Of a stretch of DNA of 64,000 bases, positions 36,301 to 48,394 are shown one piece after another (within the stretch, counting starts at the first letter, position 1; each line of letters opens with the position of its first letter). The DNA lies in NCBI GenBank assembly GCA_964188305.1, contig OZ076885.1; one strand, 5' to 3'. A program made the position numbers and the translations under genes. The stretch is from Podarcis bocagei. Taxonomy: Eukaryota. The notes beneath the pieces are model-generated. The model saw only the letters and a list, made by a program, of their open reading frames with translations. It did no database searches and was not told where the DNA came from.

Positions 36301-39300
36301 GGTTACTGACTGACTGTCTCCAGACACTGTGATTGCCTGCAAAGGGTTCCCACATGGTGGGGTTAATGTTGCCAGCCTTCATATCACATTTGCAGACATC
36401 TTTGTAACACAGTCTGCCAACAGACCTAGTTTACTATTATTTTTTAAATTTATATACTACTCTTCATCCAAAGACAATAGGCCAGCTTACAACATAAAAA
36501 CACAAAATACACAGCATAATAATAATAATACCCCTTTCTGTTATTCATTCATTTATCCCATACTTCCAGTGCATTTCCCCATGACTTTCCAAACCGCAGA
36601 AAGCCTGATTCTTTTTTAAAGTGGATTTGTTGAGCTAGTGCAACAGAGCCTTTCAATCCAATTTAATGGCTCAGACCTAAGTTTCCGATGTGCTCTTGAA
36701 TCCCACTTGCAAAATAGTGACTGTCTGGAGGCACCCTTAGGCAATTTATGCTTGCCTAATTGAAACTACAACATAAGATGATGTGGGGTGCAACATTTTG
36801 ATGTTTTTAGAGGCATTTTTCTTCTTCTGAAATATGATTTGTCTCTTAAATTCCCTGAGTATCCATCATGAGTAGTGCAGAAATCTTTATACATGTTGCC
36901 CAAGAGGATAAAAGATACAATATTGCCTTGGTCTAACCTCTTAAAACAATGGCTATTTTAATTTTCTGCCTCATAGAGGGAGTCTTAAAGCTATAAGTTG
37001 GTTAGAAATTGAGATAATCCTTATCTTTCTCTGCCCCTCCCAGTTATATGGGTTTGTGTGTGCCTGCTGTGATCCTGGGAAAAGCACTGGCAAAGTCAAT
37101 ACGATAACATTCCTGTCTGTAGGACCAATAAATAAGCCATAATCTTTGAGTTTTACATAGAGGTGCCTTTTCAGTTATTGCTGTTGCAACAGACCAACCT
37201 AATCTGCTTTTATTGATAATGCTTTTGTATAAATTGACCACACCTTGCAAAGAAGCAAACTGGCTAGAAAATGTGTGTGTCATGGTGGGGGGAGTGAGAG
37301 AGTGAGCTTGGGAGTTTGCTCAGCCAGTAATAGGTGTCAGTATCTTCAAAGGGACGCGGGTGGCACTGTGGGTAAAAGTCTCAGTGCCTAGGGCTTGCAG
37401 ATCGAAAGGTCGGCAGTTCGAATCCCCGCGGCAGGGTGCACTCCCGTTGCTCGGTCCTAGCGCCTGCCAACCTAGCAGTTCGAAAGCACCCCCTGGTGCA
37501 AGTAGATAAATAGGGACCGCTTACAAGCGGGAAGGTAAACGGCCAGAGCAGCGATGTCACGCTGGCCATGTGACCCGGAAGTGTCTCCGGACAGCGCTGG
37601 CCCCCGGCCTCTTGAGTGAGATGGGCGCACAACCCTAGAGTCTGGCAAGACTGGCCCGTATGGGCAGGGGTACCTTTACCTTTACCTTTTTATCTTCAAT
37701 GTATGCTGTTTGTTGTGACATTTCTTTGTGTCTTCTCTGTATACTGGGAGAACCCTTGAGTGCCTCCCAGACCATTTACAGACACATTTACACAGTTTTC
37801 TTTTCATTTAGCGCTATATTTGTGTTAGCCTTTGCAAAGGGATAGCCATGCTGACATTCACTTATAGAAACAGGACTGAATGTGTACTCCAGTGCAAGCC
37901 TGGTTGGGACAAAATGCCAAATTGTGGTTTGTTTAAAATAAAGAAAGGAGGAAGGAAATGGATCTGTGTGGCTCATACTTATGCTGCCAACCCATGCTTG
38001 GGCATTATGTCTGAACCAGTCCTAGGGGTGTGACAACAAATCAAAATTATTTGAGGCCATTTACACTGCACCTTAGTTTTGCTTTAACCACATTATTCTG
38101 TGCAGTTTTGCAGGGAAGCATTTTGCACAGCAGTTACTGGTTTTAAGTTTATTGTGGCAATTACATAATGAAGGAGATAATTGATTCTCCCTTCCAGACT
38201 CTTTTTATGATGATGTGAAACCCGTTTACCATCTTGCAGGGATGCACGCTTTGTTGTTTGTAAGTTGAAGCCTGCCATATTTGTTAATGAAATAGGTGAT
38301 GTTTAGGGTTGGTATAACTGCCCTGAGGCATTTTGCTGCCTGAGAGGGTCAGGATGACTTCCCCACTCCCCTTCCATGTACAGAAGCTGACTCTGGCAAC
38401 GAGACAGCATCCTTCACCACACCTGAAGGCATCAGCATGCCCAGGACAGGCCATATGGCACATAGAGTTCTGTCTTTCAACACTTCGTTACTCCTCGCCC
38501 TAATTGGGTCATTGCCAACACGGATAGATGCTGCTGTGCAGCAGCATGTGTTGCATGGGCATGTGCTAAAGTTTCTGGACTGTGTGGCTTATGCTTGTTG
38601 CCTCTTTGCAATGCATACTTCTTCAGTCTGGGGCTTTCCTGTACTGTGACGTGTTGAAAGAAAGTGACTAGGTGAGACATATAGCCATACTAGGCCAGCA
38701 ACAAGCAGGCTTACTGGCACAGGAGGGTAGAAATGGCCAGGAGACTTAGGGGGAACATCCAAGGTGGCGTCATTACCACCTGAGACAATTGCCTCATTCT
38801 GTAATGATAGGGTTGCCCCTGCAAAAAGCAAAGGCTCTCCCTATCATTATTTGTTTAGTTAGCTGCCTGTGGCTTGGATCCTAAGCACAGTTTCTTGGAG
38901 GTACGTTTCAAAATTGGTAGGATTTGCTTCCAAGTAATAAGATGCATAAAAGTGAGGTGCCAGATTACTACAGTTCTAGCAGATGAGTTTCCTTACTCCT
39001 TAAATTAAATATATCTACTACAGTGCAGTAAGGTATTGATTATCTGATTAAGCCCTTTAACTCATCAGAAATGTGAGAAAATAGTCGATAGAGCAGAAGA
39101 CTCTTTAATCTCAGTGTCATAGATTCAAGCCCCACACTGGGCAAAAAGATTCCTGCATTGCAGTGGGTTGGAGTCAGCAAACTTTTTCAGCAGGGGGCCG
39201 GTCCACTGTCCCTCAGACCTTGTGGGGAGCCGGACTATATTTTTTTTTGGAGGAAAGAACAAATTCCTATGCCCCACAAATAATCCAGAGCTGCATTTTA

Positions 39301-42300
39301 AATAAAAGGACACATTCTACTCATGTAAAAACACGCTGATTCCCAGACCGTCCACGGGCTGGATTTAGAAGGTGATTGGGCCGGATATGGCCCCTGGGGC
39401 TTAGTTTGCCTACCCTTGGAGTAGATTGTCCTTGTGCTGTCTTCCAACTCTATTGTTCTATTCTCTACTGCTGCCTAAAGTGTACAATACTTTGGACTGA
39501 TCCCAGGATTTGGGATGGTTGGTGTTGAAGGAGTGCTATATTTAAACATATGAAAGGGATGAAAGAATTACATTTTGTTTTGAAATGTAGAATAATGTAG
39601 TTAATATTGATTTGTGCAAAATACAAGGAATAGTAAATGCCAAAAAAGAAATGGAAATCTGTGTATTGGCTGAAATAGGCAAAATATAAGAGCAGAGGAA
39701 TAAATATGGGTTCAAGGGCCCCTACCTGTTAGCTGTGCTGAAGTCTTTTTAAAAAGAGCTTATGTGTGTAGTGGATAGTGGCCATGATCTTTGATATACT
39801 TTGGGACCATAATAGCAGTATGAATAATGTAATTTTGCTTCCTGCACATTGTCTGATATACCAAATTGATATCTGAGAATCATTTACAAAATAAAAGGGA
39901 CAGGTTTTTAATCTCATAGTTGCATACTAGAAGATAGAAGGAACTGCCTTTGTATTTTTAAGTCTAATATCCCAGTCTTGGGATGCAGAACATACAATGC
40001 TCTATTATACATGTATATGCTTGGACAGGTAGTCTCAATTTAAAGGGATACTGTATATGTGCATTTTGAGCACACAGCATGAAATGGATGCTTTCGTGGT
40101 GAAGTGAGGACTGGAGTGTACATTTCTCTAGAACAGATCCCTTCTCACAGGCCAAGCATGCCAGGACTAAGGTCTGACTAGTGGTAGTAGTAGTGGCAGT
40201 AGTAACAGGATTAAGAATAAAGGGCTGACCTCTCAGCAAAGATTGAGTGAAAGCAGATACCATACAGGCCCCAGCATAAGCTGCTCCTCCTGCTCTGCCC
40301 TCTGATTGAAACAAAAGTAAAAAAGAGACTTCAGATAATTTAAACTGGAAACAATAATAATTTTTGAAGAGAGTTGAAATTTCCTTATGTGTGTGCTTCT
40401 TCTGTTTTGCTGGTCAAACATGTTTGGCAGGTTTTTAGTCAATACAGGAACCTGTTTACCAGAGGTCAAAATGGAATGAGTAGTTGTCTTACTTCCAAAC
40501 CAATTTTTACTCTCCAGTCCCAGTGAATCCCATCCATTTCCTCTAGACTTCCTGCAAACACAAAGAAGATTGTAGGATGTTTGAGTGAAGGGAACACACA
40601 AACATTCCTTGCAAAATAATGCAGCATAAGACCATGAGCTGAAGCAGGAAGGAGATACTGTGCAGCAAACTGCAGCCACAAAGTGCCCCTGACACAAATG
40701 ATTCAATCTCTTTAGCATTTATAAATACATTGTGGAGTCAGAAATATTTGGCGATCACTCGTAGCTGAGTAAGATCATCTTCCATAAACACGGTTTTAAC
40801 AATGAGTCCGTAAGTGACTGTCAAGGCCAATTCTGGATCGACACGACCTTCCACAGTGGGGACATTGGTTTCCAGGCGGGAGTTGATCACGGTGTGGATT
40901 TGCCAAGCATGCCTTCCTCTTAGCACGTTTCTCCCTTGCTTCCTGAGTTTGAGTGTCTTCAAAGCCCATTAGTAGATAGGTAGCCGTGTTGGTCTGCCAT
41001 AGTCAAAATAAAAAAAATTAACTTAGCCAAGAACTAACTTAGTTGGTCTTTAAGGTGCTACTGGAAGAATTTTTTTTATTTCAAAGCCCATGACACCTTT
41101 GGTAAAAGCTGTTCTCCAACTGGAGCGCTCACAGGCCAGTGTTTCCCAGTTGTCAGTGTTTATACTACATTTTTTTAGATTTACCTCAAGACAGTCTTTA
41201 AACCTCTTTTGTTGACCAGGAGTCAGAAATATGCTGTATTTGACCAGTACAACAGTGCACTGGCTTGAGTAACTTCTCAGAAAATGTGATATTCTTGTAC
41301 CAAAAGCACTACCTGTGCAAAAAGCATGTGGGATGATAGTGGAAACAGCCCTGAATTAAGCTGCATGGTAAGTGTATCCTGCTGTGACACAATCCATTTG
41401 TAAATCAGCATTCAGTATGTGAAATATTTGTGAAAGGACCCTATGAGAATTAGCACCCTCTGAGATAAGTCTTTGGTTGCATCTTAATGCTGGGATCCAT
41501 ACCTGCCGTTTACTCCCTCCCACTATCTGATGGTTGGGTGTGTGCTTAACAGCTCCTGTGTGTAAGCAAAAAGAGCAGCATTTCTTTCTTCAGTTTCTTC
41601 CTGATCGGGTATGGGAATGTTTGTCTAGCAGACAAAGGCAACATATTATGCATACTTGAAGGGACCCAGCCCAGTCACAGTAGGGTGTTGTTGTTTTATT
41701 CATAGTTTATGGATAGAAGGATGAAATAATGAAATGAAATTCTGTGGCAGTACTACTCTGGCAGTTCTTTGTAGAATAATTATGGTCATGATAGAACAGA
41801 CAAGAGCAATAAAAGATGTGTAGGATTAGGCTACATGTATTCAGATGCTGAGCAGTGGGCTTTACTCCCTTGTAAGGTATAGAACTGCAATCCTATGTAA
41901 CTTTTGTGTTAGCAAAAAAAGAAGCCATTCATATACGAAGCAATTCAGTTTCCACCTGGGAAATTTCATTCATATAACTTTAACAACAGCTGCAACAATG
42001 ATGATAATGCCGTAATGCTTATTTGGAGTGTTTTCAGGACAAAGCATCACAGTAGTCAGTGGCACTTTAACAACTGTGTTTGCATCTACTAAAGTTATTG
42101 CCATTTCTGCCAGAACATCATAGTTGTGAACAATTCATTGTATATATAGGACTGCTGTCCCACCAACAGTGAAAACCTTTGATAATGGAAGTGCTCACTT
42201 GAATATGAGTTCTCACTTGACGTTCTGCCAGCAGTGGCATTAACTTTAGTAGAGTTGCGTATTTAGGCAAGGTAAAGGTTAAGGACCTCTGGATGGTTAA

Positions 42301-45300
42301 GTTCAGTCAAAGGCAACTTTGGGGTGCGGCGCTCATCTTGCTTCAGGCCTAGGGAACCGGCGTTTGTCCACAGACAGCTTTCCGGGTCATGAGGCCAGCA
42401 TGACTAAACCGCTTCTGGCACAATAGGACACCGTGACGAGTGCCATAGCACAGGGAACCGCCATTTACCTTCCTGCCACAGCAGTACCTAATTGTCTACT
42501 TGCACTGGTATACTTCCGAACTGCTAGGTTGTCAGGAGCTGGAACAGAGCAATGGGAGCTCACCCCATCGCGTGGACTCAAACCGCTGACCTTCCGATTG
42601 GCAAGCCCAAGGGGCTCAGTGGTTTAGATCACAGCGCCACCTGTTCCCTATAGTTGCATATTTATGCCTACTGTTACACCAGCAGTGGTAGTCAAGAACC
42701 ATTGGGTGCCTCCAGAATAGTCCATCAACAGGCAACCAGAGCCCTTGAAGTTGGGTTTGAATAGCATACAAACAACACATAAAAAGGTCTCAAATACATA
42801 AGTTACTCTTAACTGAGAACTGCATGAGAAAATTATGTTCCATGTGCTACATCACTTGGCAAGTAGAGCGCAATGTGGAATAAATTCCCATTTAAATTTA
42901 TCTGCTAACATGAGGGAGACTATTTTAGAACTGGTACATAGATGGTACTTAGGTCATTTAACTATCATATGTGATGGCCATGTGTGCAAAATGAATTTTA
43001 CTTGGAAGTCACCCCACACCAAAATAGTATTGATCAGTCAGACATGATTTATGCTTTGTACTTCTGGACATTTCTGAAAATGATTATTATTCTTACAAAG
43101 ACTTATCAACTTTTGTTTATAGCAGCTAAACTGGATATGTCTGAGCACTGGAAAAGATACAGAACCTCTATCTATTTCTCAATGGTATCAAATAAGGTGG
43201 AGGTTCACTGTCATGGACAAACAAGTGCATCCATTTCATGTACTTCATTGTTCCAGTTCCAGTTCATATCAAATACTAACAAGTATACAGACATGCAACT
43301 TTTTGCTCAGCAAAATGTACTGTGTTGTACAGGTTTTTTTGAAGGTTGATTGCTTTTCCTTTGAACTTGTAGCTCTGAAGCACTTATTATAATTATAGTA
43401 TCTTTTTAAAAAAAGTTTCCAGGTGTGCAAATGACCAGTGAATACCACCAATGCTTTTTTTATACATTAGCAGTATTTGGTTGGCTAGGTTTCCCCCCTG
43501 TTCTTTCCTTTTTCTATAGTGCTTGCTTCAGTGCATTGCCTCTCCTAGCATTTTTGTGTGTGGTGTGTGTGTTATGAGGAGGGTTGTTGAATGTGATCAT
43601 TGTGTTAATGCCCTTATTATCAATTTGTTCTCTGTTCATTATAAATAAGGAATCTATGGCATAGATAGAGTTCTAGTTAGAATCACATAGTTAGCTGATC
43701 TTGTTATCAGGATGATAAATATTTATCTCTCTTCTCTATAGTAAATTCACTTTAAACAGTCTTTCAGGAGCCATCACATGGTATGCATATTAAAAGTAAG
43801 TTCAGCCGGGGGGCAGTGTCTATGACCTGGTTGGGCATGAATGACTTGGTTGCTGTTGGAGTTGTGTATTCTGTGCTTGCTGTAGAAATGTAGGTTGGAT
43901 TAGGCATCACAGAAGTAGTTGCAATTTAACTGCTTTGCTTTATTTAGAATTCTTTTCGCTGACGGTTTCATCTAATTTATCGTGTGTGGACCCAGATCAC
44001 TTCTATGATCACACCATTTGGACCCAGCAAGAACAGGTTAATCATTTGTTCTGCCCTTTGGATAACCAGAGCCTCCAGCTTCTTCAGTCTACCTCAAACT
44101 TTAGCATCCAGTGGAGCAAAAACTGTCATCTGCTTAACTTCACCGCGTTAAGCCACCTGCACAGCACACTGCAGAACACAACAACATACCTCACCTTTGA
44201 GCACGCAAATGCCAGCGATGCAGGCAACTATACCTGCACGCTCTACTTGAACGATCAGAGAAACAGCTCCTTCACTGTCCGGCTGGTCATGGCAGGTGAG
44301 TGAAAGAAGTGGGAATTTGCAAACATGCCTTTGGATCCCTAACCTAACACTGACGTCTCCTCTTGGGCCCATCCCAGGAGAAGCAGTACTGCTACTGTTT
44401 CAAGATGGGCCACTTGTCTGCCTAAGTCTGGATCCTATGTTGCTCATTAGACACATAGTAGCTGTGAAGTATCTAACTATGTAGGGCATGATTTTGTCCG
44501 TTTTCACCTAAACATAAGGTACTGATCATACTCAAATAAGTTACGGCATTAGATAAGCCCTGGGGATGTGAGCCAATTTATCAAATACTATGATCCAAAT
44601 TATGCATTGTCAACCAGAAGTTGGCGGGTTGATGTCTGTGACTGTATGTGTGGCTGTTGCTGAAGAGGGCTTTCTTTTACCTGGGAGAAAAAGGCAGACA
44701 CGGAGCTCTTTCTGAGTCCTCTCTGCATTTTATGTTATATCTAAGATGACATATAAAGGTAAAGGGACCCCTGACTGTTTGGTCCAGTCACAGATGACTC
44801 TGAGGTTTCGGCGCTCATCTCGCTTTACTGGCCGATAGAACTGTGTAAACAGATAAACCTGACGAAGGCTTCACTGTGGTGGAGACGCAGGTTAGGAGAG
44901 AGAGAAAAGACTTAATGTTTCTAAAGCTGTGATAACAAGTGATAGTACCTAAAATGTGGTGAGAGGTACCTGAAGCTACCAAGATAAGCTCACTCCGTCC
45001 CCCATTTGCTAGTTGCATTGTCAGAGTTGAAATGGGGAAAGGCAGGTTTAAAAAAATATATACGCTAAGATTTAAAAAATTAGCAGACTTGTTGGGACAG
45101 ATAAGTGTGTTTTGGTCTCTGCTTAATCTTTTATAGTGCACTTAAACTAGGATGGATCACCATTTTGGAGTACTTCATTATGCTATTAGAAACATAAATT
45201 AGCTAAAGATGGTCAGAGGGAGATCATACATCATTTGAGCTGAAACACACATCCTGAGACCTGGAAGTCAGGCTTGCTAGGCACTGTAGGTCTTATTTCC

Positions 45301-47898
45301 GAGAAGATTTGTATAGGATTGTACTCTTCAATTTTTTTTATTCTTTAAGATAAGGATGGTAGTTGCTAGTTTCTCAGGAAGTTCTCCTGAATTGGCTAAG
45401 GACTGGATATGGGCTCTAAAAAGAATATTTTTTGTATTGTTCTCCCTTTTAAATAAAGGTAAAGTTTGGAAATGAGTCCAATACACACAGAGGTACCTAC
45501 AGAAGGGAGAGCCTTTACATTTTAAAAAATGATGGCCATGATGGCCCAGTTCTCCTTTTCAGAATTTAAGGGAATGCAAGGGAAAGGAAAATTAGGGACA
45601 AGTACCTGTGACATATTCTAGTTTTTAATGCAATGTGACATTTGCACCTTAAACACCCTATTTTCCGCAATAGGATTCAGAAAGTTCTTCATTAAAAAAA
45701 CGCATGCTCACATATGCTGAAAATATTTAGCATGGATGAATGAGTTGACAGTATGAAAGACAGAGGGGGAAGAACAGCACTGTGCTGGACTCTGAACAGG
45801 CAGTGAGAATAACTAAAGTACTGGCACTAGGACTTCAAAAGTTAATAATTAATACCATATCTCATATTCAGCACTTCTGTGATGTGCATACCCCTTTATC
45901 CTGGGCATTTCTCTATTATGGGACATGACATGCTTTCCAGATAACCTGAACATTCTGTCTTTCCCACTATAGTCCTTACTGAATTTCTCATTGTTTTCTC
46001 AAGTCAAATCAGAACTGCAGAACCAGCCTTGAGAGAGAGGTTATACTCAGCAATTTGTCTAGTTAAGTCGGCGAACCCACTGTGCAAGGGAGATTGTGCT
46101 TAGGTGCAGGGTCACAGGGACAAGAGTAGCTTGACTTTCTTTGTTATGTTAGCCAGACCTAAATAGCCAATATAAGATTTGCAGAATGCAGTCTGGAAGT
46201 TCAGTGCTCTCATTGGAAAGCTCTCTTACGGTGTACTGTTTCTGTTTTCCCAACAGATATTTGCAGTGTCCTTCCTCGTTTCCTTTACCCCTCCAGCAAT
46301 CTGACTTTGCAACGTGATTTGGGAAGCCAGTTTACACTGAACTGCACTGTGCAGCTGCCCTACACGAAAAGCTGTGATTTTGGCCTCCATTGGATGAAAG
46401 ATGACCAGTTGCTAGACAACGAGACCTATGCTGCTTCTACTCATTGGTAAGAAGGCTTTTATGTATAATGGAAAATAAAGCTAAATTGGCAGTATAAACT
46501 AGAAACAAAAGAGAGAGAAACAAATTAAAATAGTGTCTCCCAGACTCTGAAGATAATGGTGGATCTTTAAGGGCTTATGTATACTATTAGCCTTATAGGT
46601 CTGTGGAATAGGGGCGGTAGTGTAATATATATACTTCAATGGGAGGAAATATCTTTGCTGTAATAGGGTGAGATTGAGTGAGAGTGAGAGTGGGAGATTG
46701 TGTTTCTGTTAAAAAGAAAATTGTACACTTAAGCCCTGGAGAAGAGCTTAAGAGAATGCTCTATGTATCAGTCTTCAATGGGGAGGCAGAGGGAGAGGGA
46801 GAGGAAGAAGACCCTTTCAGATGTTTGGGGCTTCAGAACAAATCTGGTTTCATGAACACCCCCTTTATTTTAGTGTTCCCACTGCAGGGGACTTGTGTTG
46901 TGTTGTACGTTATCAGTGGGGTCATAGATATGTTCTACTAGGTTACTGTGAACTCATATAATATTTTGTACATCACTCAATAATGGCATGGAGGCTGTAG
47001 CTGGGAGAAGAAAAATTGACATTTCACTAGTAAGAAAAAATGCACTTTAAGCAATAGGACATTGCTACTATAGTTCCACAAAAGAAGTACTTTTATGTAA
47101 GACAATGGGATCCCATACAACAACTAAGCGACCACAATTAATCCATTGCTTTAAAAGAACAAGGAAAAAGATGATTTTGAAAGTCCCCAAATTTCTACTA
47201 GTTTTTGTGGAAGAAAAGGTTTTCAAAGGCCAACATGATAAAATAGTGACAGTATTTCCAGATCATAGATACTCAAATGGACACTCTTGTTACCAACTCA
47301 CAGTTCATTCCTTGTCCAAATTTAATGTTTGGTATAATCCAAGATTCATAGGGTGGAGCCCTCTGAGTTTCCTTCCTGTCCGGTTCTGACTGAAATTTCC
47401 TAGTGTTTGTTTTCCATCAGTGCTAACCTAAATCTTCTTCTATTTGCACCCCAGGTTCAATGACAATAAATCAGAGATATTCATCTCCAGCACTTTGGAT
47501 ATGAATGTAACAACAGATGAAATTTATGGAGCATTTGCCTGCTTGGTTAGAAACAGTACAGCAGTTTTCACACTGCAAAAATCAGGTAGCATTTCTTTGT
47601 ACTTCATACCATGTGCATTTGGGTGTGGGCCGGTACTCCATTTGAAGGTTGTTATCTTTATTAAGTTGTTCAAAAAAGATTCTGCTACTCACTAACTGTA
47701 TTCCATAGTAGAATTCCCATGAGTATTTCTGAAATGAGAGTTGGAGATACTTTTTTTTAAAGAGTTGTCAGACTACTCTGAAAACACACATGGCATTCAA
47801 TCCAAATGTAAATTTCCCTTTCAGAGTTGACCTCTGAAAACCGATAGATAAGAAGATGGCTGTGTACAGCATTGATTGGCTGATGCCTTTGAAGTGTG

Positions 47899-47934
<36 letters not shown>

Positions 47935-48344
47935 CTTTGACCCCACCCCAGAGCAGTTCTGCACTTTGGTTAACAAGATGACAAATAAACATGAATGAAA
48001 TACTTTAAACTCTTTTTAATTTAATTATCTTTAGAAGGGCTTCTTATCTGAAGCTTGATGGGAGGGGCAAGTGTGATAACTGAGCTTGCATTTGCTTTGT
48101 ATATTTGTCATTAAAATGGCAGAACTAGATAAATCTGAGATTGTGCAGCAGCTGAGGAATTGAATGTGATTTATATTCTGTCTGCCTCCTCTTGAGACTC
48201 AAGTAGCCTAAGTGTTTTGGATTACATTTTCTAATTACAGTCTAGAAATGATCCATGGCTCAGCATCATCATTTCATTTCTCCATTGGTGTATGTGAGAT
48301 GCTAAGGGCCATTTCACACATTATGTGTGTGTCTTGGAATGGAA

Positions 48345-48394
<50 letters not shown>

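Noticed and set aside
33323-43947. A third (D1) Ig exon that would make a full three-Ig IL-1 receptor
   Set aside because: No open exon with C...W...YxC Ig motifs was found by eye in this intron; a profile search would be needed to exclude it.
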